A stretch of 63,076 nt of DNA, counting the filler, from Nanobdellati archaeon (GTDB lineage: Archaea; Nanobdellota; Nanobdellia; Woesearchaeales; JAADFO01): the NCBI GenBank assembly GCA_013152815.1. It is 4 parts of 4 records of this genome, joined end to end, with 100 filler letters (N's around TTAATTAATTAA, not from the genome) between each part and the next. Parts side by side here need not be neighbours in the genome. Positions count along the whole stretch, not along the records: positions 1 to 30,230 come from JAADFO010000033.1; 3 more parts are not named here. One strand, 5' to 3'. Both the position numbers and the translations under genes were made by a program. Below the pieces are notes generated by a model. The model was not told the DNA's origin. It ran no database searches and was given only the letters and a program-made list of their open reading frames with translations. Below, in pieces: positions 10,237 to 20,414 of the stretch (position 1 is its first letter; every line of letters starts with the position of its first letter).

Positions 10237-10914
10237 ATGGGAAAGGGGAATCGGTCCCAGATAGTGATAGAATATATGCTCCTTGTAGCCATGGGCTTCG
10301 CCCTGCTGCTCATCTTCACGGCCGCGTTCCAGGGAAGATACCAGGACATCGCCAGAAAGCAGGAGCAGAACCAGCTGGACAGCGTCTCCCTGGCTCTGGA
10401 AAAGGAGATGCTTCTCGCCGCCAAAGTCGAATCGGGCTATGAACGGTATTTCACCATCCCTGACCTGCTTGGATCAAAGGCAGTGAGCGTGGACAACACC
10501 GACAAAGAGGTCATCATCAGGGCAGGAGAGCGAGAACGTTCGTTCATCACGCCCCAGATAAGAGGGACCTTGCATGTGGGGACCAACAGGATCAGGAACA
10601 TCGACGGCACCGTCTGCATCGGAGATGACTGCGGAGACCTCGCACCACCGAACATCCTCAACAGCCTGCCCAACGGATCGGTCAGCGGACCGGACATCAC
10701 GCTCTCTGTCGAGACCGACGAGGCTGCCTCCTGCCGCTACAGCCAGACCGACACCCTCTTCGCGAACATGGAAAGCCCCTTCGGAGGAACAGGGACCAAC
10801 CACAGCGATGTACTCAGCCTTCCCGATGGCAACCATACCTATTATGCGAGATGCAGGGATCCTGCAGGGAACAGCATGGACACATCAGAGGTGATCTCCT
10901 TTGACGTCATCTAG
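10237..10914 (+). CDS. Pilin-like protein with C-terminal Ig-like domain
   Basis: NRS/QIVIEYMLL class III signal; C-terminal TDEAASCRY...YYARCRDPAGN. Confidence 0.8.
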   Translation: MGKGNRSQIVIEYMLLVAMGFALLLIFTAAFQGRYQDIARKQEQNQLDSVSLALEKEMLLAAKVESGYERYFTIPDLLGSKAVSVDNTDKEVIIRAGERERSFITPQIRGTLHVGTNRIRNIDGTVCIGDDCGDLAPPNILNSLPNGSVSGPDITLSVETDEAASCRYSQTDTLFANMESPFGGTGTNHSDVLSLPDGNHTYYARCRDPAGNSMDTSEVISFDVI

Positions 10915-11494
10915 ACATGGGAAGGCGGGGAGGACATCGACAGACGAAGAGGATCCGCGGCGAACGCGCCGGAGGACGCGCCACAGGGACGCCCAGGTCT
11001 TCTTCATGGAGTTCTTCCTTGCCATAGCGATCTTCACCCTGGCCGTGCTCCTGTTCCACCGCTATGACATACTCGACAGGGGAAACAATGAACAGAGCTA
11101 TGTCCGGCTGGTGAATGATGCTCAGGCAATATCCGATATGCTGCTCGGCGCAGGTTTCCCTGCCGGCTGGAATGCGAGCACCGTGGTGAAGATCGGACTG
11201 ACCAATGACGACCAACGCATCGACGAGACCAAGCTCGCCGCTCTGGAAGAGATACCGTATGAACAACAACGGCTCCTGCTGGGCACAGAATATGAGTTCT
11301 CCTTCCGTCTCCTGACCAACAATCTCACGACGATAAGATTCTTCAACAGCACGGTGGACGAGTTCGGGACGACGGGCATCGGTGACGACCCGCTCACGAA
11401 CATAGCGGGTCTTGAGCAGCTCATCACCATCGAACGGGCGGTCATCGTGGACCAGGGACCCGGCCTGCTGAGGCTCTATGTCTGGAGAGCCTAG
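10901..11494 (+). CDS. Minor pilin-like protein
   Basis: Basic N-terminus then DA/QVFFMEFFLAIAIF helix; GFPAGWN motif; start uncertain. Confidence 0.75.
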   Translation: MTSSRHGKAGRTSTDEEDPRRTRRRTRHRDAQVFFMEFFLAIAIFTLAVLLFHRYDILDRGNNEQSYVRLVNDAQAISDMLLGAGFPAGWNASTVVKIGLTNDDQRIDETKLAALEEIPYEQQRLLLGTEYEFSFRLLTNNLTTIRFFNSTVDEFGTTGIGDDPLTNIAGLEQLITIERAVIVDQGPGLLRLYVWRA

Positions 11495-11568
11495 AGAAGA
11501 AAGAGGGAAAGAAAGAACAGGAAGAAAAAGAGCATCAGTGACGCAGTAACATCAACGGACGGAAAAAG

Positions 11569-14500
11569 ATGGACGGCAGAGGACGAAGAAGGAAACAGGG
11601 CATGGTGTTCATCGTAGATGCGGTGCTTGCCTCCCTCGTCGTCATCCTGGGCATCATCCTCATACGTGCGTATGATGCGTCTTCCCCGGATATCCGGGTC
11701 ATGGACTACACCTCCCAGGACCTCGTGAAAGTGCTCGCCAACCTCAAGGTCAGGGAATATGCCAACCCCTATGTGATCTCGCTGATCAACCAGTCGAAGA
11801 TCAGATACGTGAACAATTCGCTCCTCGAGCAGATAGGCGAATTCTGGGCCGGTGGAGACATGGATGAGGCCAGGAACCTCTCACGCATCCTCCTCGGCGA
11901 CCTCGTGCCCTCCGGTCGGGGAGTGGGCATCTTCATCAACGGGGAGAGCATCTATGTCCGCAACATCACAGCAACCCGGAGGAAGCTCTGGCGTCAGGGA
12001 AAGATCGTGTCAGGCATCGCCAAGGACAAGCCCTATAAAGGCATCTTGAGCAGGGCGTTCCTCAGGGCAGAACCGAAAAAAAGGACGGCCTACGCCTTTT
12101 TCGGGGGCTATGTGGGAGACGGCAACATCACGGCCACGATGGATCTCCTGTCCGGACTGATAAATGTCACCCGCATGGTCATGGAGATGGATGTGGGCAC
12201 CAATTTCACGCTCACCATCAACGGAAACCCTGCAGGAGATTACCAGACAGCAGGCATCGAACGGCAGGCAGACACCTATGTCATCAACAGCAGCAGCATC
12301 CTCGGCGCATTCCAGGAAGGGAACAACTCGCTCATCATAGGCTTCACCTCCCCGGAAGATAATTTCATAGGGGGAGGATTCATCAGGGTCGAATACGAGA
12401 GCGCCGGAACTCCTGATGCAGAACCCAGCCAGGGCGAGAACGTGAGCGAGCAGAAGATGCTGCCAGGCATCGACGGCATCATCAACCTCTATGATTCGTT
12501 CGTCATCCCGGGGAACCTCACTGCCATGCAGATGTATCTCCATTATACCGACGACTTCTTCCTCAGGGTGGTCATCGGCAACACCACCGTCCTGCTCACC
12601 AACCAGACCGCCGACGAGATCCTGCTCGACAATGACAATCTCTCTTCACAGCTGGACTATGCCGCCATAAGCGGGAAGACCGTCCCTCTCCGGGTCCGGA
12701 GCCAGATCAACGGAGAAGGTCAGGGAAGGGGCGCTGACGTCATCCTCATCACCGACCTCTCCGGAAGCATGAACTGGCGCATCGGCTATGCAGACTCGAC
12801 CTGGGGAGCGGTAAGGTCCTGTGATGACCCGCAGCTCTATGATGCTGACAGCAAACGGATAAGCGTGGCGAAATGTCTGGACAAGGAATTCACCACCATC
12901 CTCCTCAATAACACTCCCACGTCGGCAGAACGTAACAGGATAGGTCTCGTGGGATACACAGGCGTAAGCCCCGATGGCATCGTGAGCAGCAGCAACCTGA
13001 CCAACGACCTCGACTCGGTGCACCAGGACATCGATACGTATCCAGACAGCCCGTCCGGGGGGACCTGCATCGCCTGCGCCATCACCAAGGCAAAGGAGCT
13101 CATCCAGGCGCCATTCCAGCTGGTGAGACAGAACAGCCTCTGGCTCTATAGCCTCGACTTCCAGGCAGCGGACGAACCTGAAAACGACAGTCTCAACAAC
13201 ACCTGGCTCTCGTCAGCCTACAACGATTCACGATGGGACAATGGGACAGCCATCCTCGGCTTCCCTGACGCCGACACCATCATCGGCTCCTCGGTCCATG
13301 CCGACCTCTGGGAGCTGGGAGCAGACACTCCGGCACCCGTTGATTTCACCAGCGGCCTGAACTCCAGCGCCAACACCTTCGGCATCTCCGGAGCGGATGA
13401 CGGCTGGGACTGGCAGAGCGGCATCTATGACAATACCAACGCGGTCACCTTCGACGGAGTCAATAACGGAAGGCTGGAGATCTACGCTCCGGGAAGCTCA
13501 TCGCCCTCAGGGGGGTATGGGATCCTCTGGAACGTCACGCAGCAGATGGTGGATGCCGTGGCGAACGGTTCAAGCCTGGTCGTCGGCTTTGACTATGAAT
13601 GGAGCGGGAACTCACCAAAGTTCGAGGGAAGCGACCATGTCTGGATAAAGGCACGTCTCCATAATCCCAACGGCAGCGTCGTCTATCTCGGAAGCGAGCT
13701 GGAAGGGGGAGATACGGAAGCGGATCCGACGCCGGAGATCGCCTATGCAGACAATCCGAACAACGGCTTCTCAGGCAGTTTCCAGGAGGACATCTCCGGG
13801 CTCGTGGCAGATCCGGGACAGTACTATCTGGACATGGGCGTGAAGCTGAACAGCAACAGGAACAACGAATGGGGATACGCGTATTTTGACAATATCGATG
13901 TACACGTCCAGCCGGTGGTGGGCAACGTATTCTTCAGGAAGCGGTTCACCGTCTATGGGGACAGCATCATCGAGAACGCCTTTCTCAAGGTAAGGAGCGA
14001 TGATGCCGCGACGGTCTGGCTCAACGGCAACATGATAGACAACGACACCGGAGAGCACACCGGACAGTACTGGAACAGGGAGATCACGTTCAGCGCAGAT
14101 CCCTTCATCGTCGGCACCAACCAGCTTGCCGTCAGGACGGCAAACGATGATGCGACCTCCCTGGAATTCGACCTGGAGCTTTCCATCAACGACAGCGGCA
14201 GGATCAGGCACATCATCACCATGACCGACGGCATACCGGGGTACAGTTATCCTCCTCTGACATTTGTCTGCGGAGGCAATGCCGGGGACTGCAACACCGG
14301 AGTGTGTGACGCCGCCAGGAACTCCACCATCACGGCGTCCTGTGAAGCCCATAACGAGACCAACGCCACTATCCACAGCGTCGGATTCGGGGACCTTGCT
14401 TCCTGCACCATCGCCAACGAGACGCTGTACGGCATCGCGGCCTGCGGCAACGGCAACTACTCCTCTTCAGCAAATGCCTCAGAGCTGCTCGACATCTACC

Positions 14501-15324
14501 GGAACCTCGCTCTTAACATCATCAGCCAGACCTTCGAGGCACAGACCTCGTTCGTGCAGGGCACGACGACCCCATCGATACTCTATCCTGATTCTTACAT
14601 CCGGTTCAACTACACATCAACAGCCCTCCCCGCCGTATTCGGTACCGTGGAGATCGGTTTTGAGACACCGGCCTTCGGGGACAACACCACCATAGGAAGC
14701 CTCGACATCCCCAGCCAGCTCACCATCACCCAGGGCCAGCTGACCTCCTATTCAGGAAGCTCCTGGACCGACAGGGTAGAGATAAGGAACGCGCTCTATC
14801 CCTCCTGGACCACCATCTATTCGCTGGAGGACTGGTCGTCGGACTATGCCGACCTGGGAGACCCCTTCGAGATCATGGTCCCTCCGGCCTATTTCTCCTC
14901 AGGAGGGCTCAACGAGTTCCGGATAAGCACAGGCCTCTCGCCGGACCAGCCCACCAACGGATCCATCCATGACAGGCTGATATTTCGGGGACGCTTCGAT
15001 GCCGTGGTCAACTACACCCAGATAACCTCGCAGGCAGAAGGATGTCTTTGGTCCCTGGACTTCGAGGACAACAGCTCCACGCAGATGCCGGTGCCTCCGG
15101 ACTATGCCGGAGCCAACGTGTGCGATTTCGCATCGGGAACATATAACGCAGATGACGCATTGCAGAGCGCTGCCTTCGCGCTGTTCTCTGCATTCGATTT
15201 CGACGGGGACGGAAAGCTCTTCTTCAACCCGGAGGAAGTGAACCTCCTGCTCGACCAGATCCAGATCGAGGATGTCCCCTCCCTCTGGGGACCCTCGGTG
15301 ATAGAGGTGAGAGTGTGGGAGTAG
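11569..15324 (+). CDS. Large pilin-like adhesin with vWA domain (1251 aa)
   Basis: RKQG/MVFIVDAV signal; MIDAS DLSGS, GGTC, ITMTDG; galactose-binding-like DDAATVWLNG; many N-x-S/T sequons. Confidence 0.8.
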   Translation: MDGRGRRRKQGMVFIVDAVLASLVVILGIILIRAYDASSPDIRVMDYTSQDLVKVLANLKVREYANPYVISLINQSKIRYVNNSLLEQIGEFWAGGDMDEARNLSRILLGDLVPSGRGVGIFINGESIYVRNITATRRKLWRQGKIVSGIAKDKPYKGILSRAFLRAEPKKRTAYAFFGGYVGDGNITATMDLLSGLINVTRMVMEMDVGTNFTLTINGNPAGDYQTAGIERQADTYVINSSSILGAFQEGNNSLIIGFTSPEDNFIGGGFIRVEYESAGTPDAEPSQGENVSEQKMLPGIDGIINLYDSFVIPGNLTAMQMYLHYTDDFFLRVVIGNTTVLLTNQTADEILLDNDNLSSQLDYAAISGKTVPLRVRSQINGEGQGRGADVILITDLSGSMNWRIGYADSTWGAVRSCDDPQLYDADSKRISVAKCLDKEFTTILLNNTPTSAERNRIGLVGYTGVSPDGIVSSSNLTNDLDSVHQDIDTYPDSPSGGTCIACAITKAKELIQAPFQLVRQNSLWLYSLDFQAADEPENDSLNNTWLSSAYNDSRWDNGTAILGFPDADTIIGSSVHADLWELGADTPAPVDFTSGLNSSANTFGISGADDGWDWQSGIYDNTNAVTFDGVNNGRLEIYAPGSSSPSGGYGILWNVTQQMVDAVANGSSLVVGFDYEWSGNSPKFEGSDHVWIKARLHNPNGSVVYLGSELEGGDTEADPTPEIAYADNPNNGFSGSFQEDISGLVADPGQYYLDMGVKLNSNRNNEWGYAYFDNIDVHVQPVVGNVFFRKRFTVYGDSIIENAFLKVRSDDAATVWLNGNMIDNDTGEHTGQYWNREITFSADPFIVGTNQLAVRTANDDATSLEFDLELSINDSGRIRHIITMTDGIPGYSYPPLTFVCGGNAGDCNTGVCDAARNSTITASCEAHNETNATIHSVGFGDLASCTIANETLYGIAACGNGNYSSSANASELLDIYRNLALNIISQTFEAQTSFVQGTTTPSILYPDSYIRFNYTSTALPAVFGTVEIGFETPAFGDNTTIGSLDIPSQLTITQGQLTSYSGSSWTDRVEIRNALYPSWTTIYSLEDWSSDYADLGDPFEIMVPPAYFSSGGLNEFRISTGLSPDQPTNGSIHDRLIFRGRFDAVVNYTQITSQAEGCLWSLDFEDNSSTQMPVPPDYAGANVCDFASGTYNADDALQSAAFALFSAFDFDGDGKLFFNPEEVNLLLDQIQIEDVPSLWGPSVIEVRVWE

Positions 15325-16295
15325 CGAAAGGACCGGGAGCCGTCTGGAGGAGCAAGAGAGGCATCTTCTTCACCCTCATGTCGGTCATCCTGGTCACGTT
15401 GATGATCCTCTCCATCAGTGTCATCCCCAAGCCCCGCTTCTCCTCGGATGCAGAACGGGTCGCCCTGCGGGTGGAGACCATGAACGACTTTGTCATCGAC
15501 CTCGACGAGGACCTGGAACGGGCCGCATATATCATCTCCTACGCCACCCTGCTCCGCATCGACGGGGCTGTCGTAGAGAACGGCTCCTATGTGCATGACC
15601 TGCCCCGGGCATTCAGTGCGGCCTTCATCAACGGGACCCTGGACAGCTCGGACGCAGGCATATCCCTGACGCTGAACGACAGTTTCCAGGACTACACCCG
15701 AAGGATTGCCGAGCAGGCCACCAGCCTGGGCATCCAGAGCAGCGTGACCATAGAAAAGGTGGACATCAGCCAACAGGACCCCTGGTCAGTTTCCGTCAGG
15801 GTCAGCATGACCCTCAACGTGACCGACCAGGAGGGGACGGCCCGATGGATACAGCAGAAGAACATCAGTTCCATCATCAGCATCATCGGATTCGAGGACC
15901 CGGTCTATCATCTGAAGAGCCTGGGCAGGGTGACCAAGACCATAGCGAAGAGCCCGCTGGAGACCTATGTGACAGGAGGGGTGACCGACGATCTCAAACG
16001 GTTCATCAACGCCTCATGGTACAGGAACAGCACCAGCGCCCCCACGTTCCTCATGCGCCTCAGCGGCAATTTCAGCGCGAACCCGGAAGGCATAGAGAGC
16101 ATGGTCTATCTCCAGGAGTTCATCCAACAGGGCCTGTCCATCCAGGAACGGAGCGACATAGACCATCTTTACTTCTCCAATATCACCCACACCGCCCAGA
16201 AGGTCACCAACGTGACCGACACTCCCGGATGGGAATGGTTCAGGTTAGACAATGATACTGCCGTCCGCTATGGGGCCGATCAACTGCTGCAATGA
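15315..16295 (+). CDS. Minor pilin-like protein
   Basis: SKRG/IFFTLMSVILV class III-like signal; FEDPVY and APTFLMRLSG motifs; overlaps the upstream stop. Confidence 0.75.
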   Translation: MGVAKGPGAVWRSKRGIFFTLMSVILVTLMILSISVIPKPRFSSDAERVALRVETMNDFVIDLDEDLERAAYIISYATLLRIDGAVVENGSYVHDLPRAFSAAFINGTLDSSDAGISLTLNDSFQDYTRRIAEQATSLGIQSSVTIEKVDISQQDPWSVSVRVSMTLNVTDQEGTARWIQQKNISSIISIIGFEDPVYHLKSLGRVTKTIAKSPLETYVTGGVTDDLKRFINASWYRNSTSAPTFLMRLSGNFSANPEGIESMVYLQEFIQQGLSIQERSDIDHLYFSNITHTAQKVTNVTDTPGWEWFRLDNDTAVRYGADQLLQ

Positions 16296-16467
16296 GCTGA
16301 TGGATCACAGCAAGAACAACAGAAAAGGACAGGAAAAGGACAGCTGACAGGAAGTCGCCCCCGACCAGAAGCAGGGACATGAAACCCTCGCACGAATCAC
16401 AGAAACATTTATAAGCGCGGGTCATCACCGATAAACCCGCCGGGAAGGGGGGACAGGGAACAATACC

Positions 16468-17628
16468 ATGGTTAAGGATGGCATCATCACGACGGGCGTG
16501 GACAAGCTTCTGGAACTCATCGAATCCAAGAATCGGGTGAGTCTCGGCGAGGCGGCGAAGACGCTGTCGGTCCCGAAGACGGTGGTGGAAGAATGGGTCA
16601 ATTTCCTGGAAGAGAAAGAGCTCATCCAGGTCCAGTACAAGTTCACCACACCCTATCTGGTCAGGAAACAGATGACCGAGAAGGAGATCCTGGAGAGGGC
16701 GAATGAGTTCAAGGGCCATCGGGAAGGTTTTGTGCGCAAGGTCGAGAGTGCACTGGCGCTCCTCGAGACCGAGACCCTGAGCCTCAGGAACGCCCAGAAC
16801 AATTTCAAGAAATTCTCAGAAGGCATAGAGCAGGAATTGGGAAAGGTGAAGAAAGAGCTCGACACCCTCGACAAGTACGATCATCTCAAGAAGGACATGG
16901 ACGACGAGATCCTGCGGCAACAGACGGTTTTCGAGCAGAAGATCCTCGACCTGAAGAAACAGGTGAAGCTCAAGCAGGACCGATACAACCTCATCGAGAA
17001 GAAGGTGAAGGCCGAGGAGGACACGCTCCAGGACGAGAAGAGCCGCGCGGAGAGCCTGATGAAGAAAGAGAACGGTCTTGCCAAGAAACTTGACCACCTC
17101 AAGCAGGCCATCATCGAATTGGGGGGTGCGCTTTCCGGAGAGAACAAGGTCATCAAGCTCGAAGAGACGCACATCGACCTGTTGCGCACCCAGGCAGAGG
17201 CGCTGAACCAGGAGATGGAAGAGCGCAAGTCAGGGATCCAGAGGATCATCGACGAGAGCAAAAGGAAAGAGACAGAGATCCTCCGGATGCAGAAGGAGAT
17301 CATCGACAAGATAGCCAGTGAGACCAAGAAGATACATGGAAAAGTGTCGGTGAGCAAGGAAGCGAAGGAACATTTCCGGTCCTTTTTCGACAAGAAGGTC
17401 CGGATGGACATCATGATGGACAAGGTGACAGGGGACCTTTCAAGGCTGGAACAGGAGCTACGGGAGCTCATCGTCGAGGCGCAGGCAGTCGACTTCACCC
17501 GGAAGAAGACCAACGCCAAGGAACATGCAGCGAAGCTGGAAAAGAAATTCAAGGACATCAGGAAGAAGAAAGAGCTTTTCATGCATGAGGCCAAGAAGCT
17601 CAATACGCTCATGAAGGACATGAAGTGA
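16468..17628 (+). CDS. Winged-HTH plus long coiled-coil protein
   Basis: TGVDKLLELIE..VSLGEAAKTLSVPKTVVEEWVNFLEE N-terminus then ~320 aa of K/E-rich heptads. Confidence 0.8.
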   Translation: MVKDGIITTGVDKLLELIESKNRVSLGEAAKTLSVPKTVVEEWVNFLEEKELIQVQYKFTTPYLVRKQMTEKEILERANEFKGHREGFVRKVESALALLETETLSLRNAQNNFKKFSEGIEQELGKVKKELDTLDKYDHLKKDMDDEILRQQTVFEQKILDLKKQVKLKQDRYNLIEKKVKAEEDTLQDEKSRAESLMKKENGLAKKLDHLKQAIIELGGALSGENKVIKLEETHIDLLRTQAEALNQEMEERKSGIQRIIDESKRKETEILRMQKEIIDKIASETKKIHGKVSVSKEAKEHFRSFFDKKVRMDIMMDKVTGDLSRLEQELRELIVEAQAVDFTRKKTNAKEHAAKLEKKFKDIRKKKELFMHEAKKLNTLMKDMK

Positions 17629-17718
17629 CCCTGCGCATTGCCGCAGGAGATGTACAGAAGTATAGAAAAAAAGAGGTCAAGGGGTCGGTCAGACAAGAAT
17701 CCGGACGACGCCTGCAGC

Positions 17719-19437
17719 ATGCCAGCAAAAAAAAGAGGAACCAGAGGACGGACTCAGGCAAAGAGACCGCCTAAACAGAGCACGTCCAGAAAAAGGCCGT
17801 CGAAGGACAGGGCCAGGAAGAAGGGCCAGAAGAAGAGAGGCCATTCTCTTTCTGCACAGGCACCGCCACGTCCGCCTGCGCATCTTTCGGTACCACGACC
17901 GGCTAAGAGGGCCGGAGACAGGAAGGTCCATGACAAGGAGCCGTCCAGGAGAAGGATCAAAGAGATAGCCAGCTACGAGTTCCTGTCGAACACCATGCCC
18001 ATCAGCATACGCATCTATGAAGACAGCGAGGAGTTCGTCCCGACCTATGAAGTCCAGATCTCCAGCATCTCGAAGACGACCGAGATGATCCTTGAGCAGG
18101 TAAGACAGGAGCTCATCAATGAGGTCAACCTGGGCATCACCGAGATCCTCTCCACCAAGAAGGGCGAGGAGATCGAGGAGAAGTTCATAGAGGCCATCGA
18201 GATCCTCATCCATAAGCATTTTCCTGATGTAGACGAGAAGACCTCGGAGTTCCTCATCTCCTATCTTATCCAGAAGAGCCTGGGCATGGGCAATGTGGAG
18301 ATCATGATGGACGATGAGCAGCTTGAGGAGGTGGCCATCAATTCTGCGGAGACTCCTGTCTGGGTGTACCATAAGAAATACGGGTGGCTCAGGACCAACG
18401 TCCAGGTGGAGAGCGAAGAGATGGTCAAGCACTATGCAGCCATGATAGGCCGCCGCATCGGAAGACAGATATCAGTCCTGGAACCGCTCATGGACGCCCA
18501 CATGCCCGAAGGCGACAGGGCGAACGCCACGCTCATGCCCATCTCCACCCAGGGGAACACCATCACCCTGCGGAAGTATTCGAGGGATCCGTTCACCATA
18601 ACCCATTTCCTCGACTACAGGACCATATCGCCGTCGGCAGCATCCCTGGTATGGCTTGCCATGCAGTACGAGCTTTCCGGCCTGATCGCAGGCGGGACGG
18701 CGTCGGGAAAGACTGCGACCCTCAATGTGCTCGCGTCGTTCATCCAGCCGAACCAGCGCATCATCTCCATCGAGGACACCCGAGAGCTCCGGCTCCCTAA
18801 GTTCCTGCATTGGGTGCCCATGTCCACCCGGCTTCCGAATCCAGGAGGCAAGGGAGGCATAGCCATGGCAGACCTCCTGGTGAACAGCCTCCGTATGCGA
18901 CCCGACCGCATCCTGGTCGGAGAGGTAAGACGCCAGAGGGAAGCAGAGACGCTTTTCGAGGCGATCCACACGGGCCATTCCTGCTATGCCACCTTCCACG
19001 CCAACAATGCCGACGAGGTGGTCAAGCGATTCACCAACTCGCCCATCAACATCCCGCCCATGGTCATGCCTGCGATCTCCATGATCCTCACCCAGTTCCG
19101 CAACAGGCGGACAGGCCTTCGGCGCACCTTCCAGATCGCGGAGATAACCCCTGACGCGAAGGTGAACGTCCTGATGAAGTATGATTCCAGGAAGGACATC
19201 ATGGTGAAGGATAATCCGTCCCGGTCGTTCATGCAGACCCTGCAGATGTACACGGGTCTCACCACCAAGGAGATAGCCCAGTCGCTCAAGGACAAGGAAC
19301 AGATCCTCAGGTATCTTGTGCATCACAAGGTGTATCATGTGGACCGGGTAGGACAGATCATCGCGGAATATTACAAGGATCGGGATGCGCTGATGAGGAA
19401 TGTCATCAGGAACCGCCCCCCCGAGAGGAGACCCTGA
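17719..19437 (+). CDS. Type II/IV secretion (TadA/CpaF/VirB11-like) pilus assembly ATPase
   Basis: Walker A GGTASGKT, SIEDTREL, LRMRPDRILVGEVR, HTGH..ATFHAN; start uncertain. Confidence 0.92.
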   Translation: MPAKKRGTRGRTQAKRPPKQSTSRKRPSKDRARKKGQKKRGHSLSAQAPPRPPAHLSVPRPAKRAGDRKVHDKEPSRRRIKEIASYEFLSNTMPISIRIYEDSEEFVPTYEVQISSISKTTEMILEQVRQELINEVNLGITEILSTKKGEEIEEKFIEAIEILIHKHFPDVDEKTSEFLISYLIQKSLGMGNVEIMMDDEQLEEVAINSAETPVWVYHKKYGWLRTNVQVESEEMVKHYAAMIGRRIGRQISVLEPLMDAHMPEGDRANATLMPISTQGNTITLRKYSRDPFTITHFLDYRTISPSAASLVWLAMQYELSGLIAGGTASGKTATLNVLASFIQPNQRIISIEDTRELRLPKFLHWVPMSTRLPNPGGKGGIAMADLLVNSLRMRPDRILVGEVRRQREAETLFEAIHTGHSCYATFHANNADEVVKRFTNSPINIPPMVMPAISMILTQFRNRRTGLRRTFQIAEITPDAKVNVLMKYDSRKDIMVKDNPSRSFMQTLQMYTGLTTKEIAQSLKDKEQILRYLVHHKVYHVDRVGQIIAEYYKDRDALMRNVIRNRPPERRP

Positions 19438-19447
19438 AGAGGTGGTT

Positions 19448-20266
19448 GTGATTCCCAACAGACTATTGAAGAAATTCGCGAGAAAGCTTCCCGGTCTCGC
19501 TCTCAAGCTCAAGCAGGCAGGAATGCCGGAGACGCCGGAAGAATTCGTCAAGAAGACCATCATCTCGGCGTTCTACATGACCACCGGCATCGGCCTGTTC
19601 CTCTTCGGCATCTTCGCAAAGCTCAACATCAACCTGAGCATGATCTTCTTCATCTCGCTCTTCCTGTTCTTCATCTTTTTCGGCTACTTCCTCAAGGTTC
19701 CGGAAGCGAAGATATCGAAGAAGGAGCGGGAGATCAGCAGAGAGATCGTCTTTGCGGGCCGGTTCCTCATCATCGAGCTGGAATCAGGCATAACCCTCTA
19801 CAATGCCATGATCAACATCACAGCCAATTTCCCCATCATCGGAAAATATTTCAAAGAGATAACCGACCGCATCGATCTGGGGACCGCAGTAGGAGAATCT
19901 ATCAACGAGACGGTCCAGACCACGGCCAATGCGGATTTCGGCAAGATCCTCATCCAGATCCAGAACGTCCTGAAGACCGGAGCAGACATGTCCTCTTCCC
20001 TCAATTCGGTGCTGGAACAGATCGTGCGGGACCAGACCATCGAAGTCAAGGGATACGGGAAGAAGCTCAATCCGCTGGCCATGTTCTATATGGTGATAGC
20101 GGTCATCCTCCCGTCATTGGGGATCATCGGCCTCCTGGTCCTGTCCAGCTTCCTGTCCATCACCTTCGACCTGACCATCCTCATAGCCATCGCACTCCTG
20201 CTCGGATTCATCCAGTTCATGTTCGTCGCCATCATAAAATCGTCAAGACCTGCCGTGGACATCTGA
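19448..20266 (+). CDS. Type II secretion system F / TadC-like platform protein
   Basis: Follows the ATPase; IELESGITL, KTGAD..YGKKLNPLAMFYM; GTG start with GAGGTG SD. Confidence 0.85.
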   Translation: MIPNRLLKKFARKLPGLALKLKQAGMPETPEEFVKKTIISAFYMTTGIGLFLFGIFAKLNINLSMIFFISLFLFFIFFGYFLKVPEAKISKKEREISREIVFAGRFLIIELESGITLYNAMINITANFPIIGKYFKEITDRIDLGTAVGESINETVQTTANADFGKILIQIQNVLKTGADMSSSLNSVLEQIVRDQTIEVKGYGKKLNPLAMFYMVIAVILPSLGIIGLLVLSSFLSITFDLTILIAIALLLGFIQFMFVAIIKSSRPAVDI

Positions 20267-20414
20267 AGAGGCAACCCGAGACCCTGCGACCATCTGCGGC
20301 AGGGGGAACAGGGGAAAGGTCCTCTGCCGGAAAAGACAGGAAAATGCCCGGCCGGCCAGCAGACCATACCACCAGAAACGTTCGAGAAAGCGCCCCCATC
20401 ATCCTAACACACCA

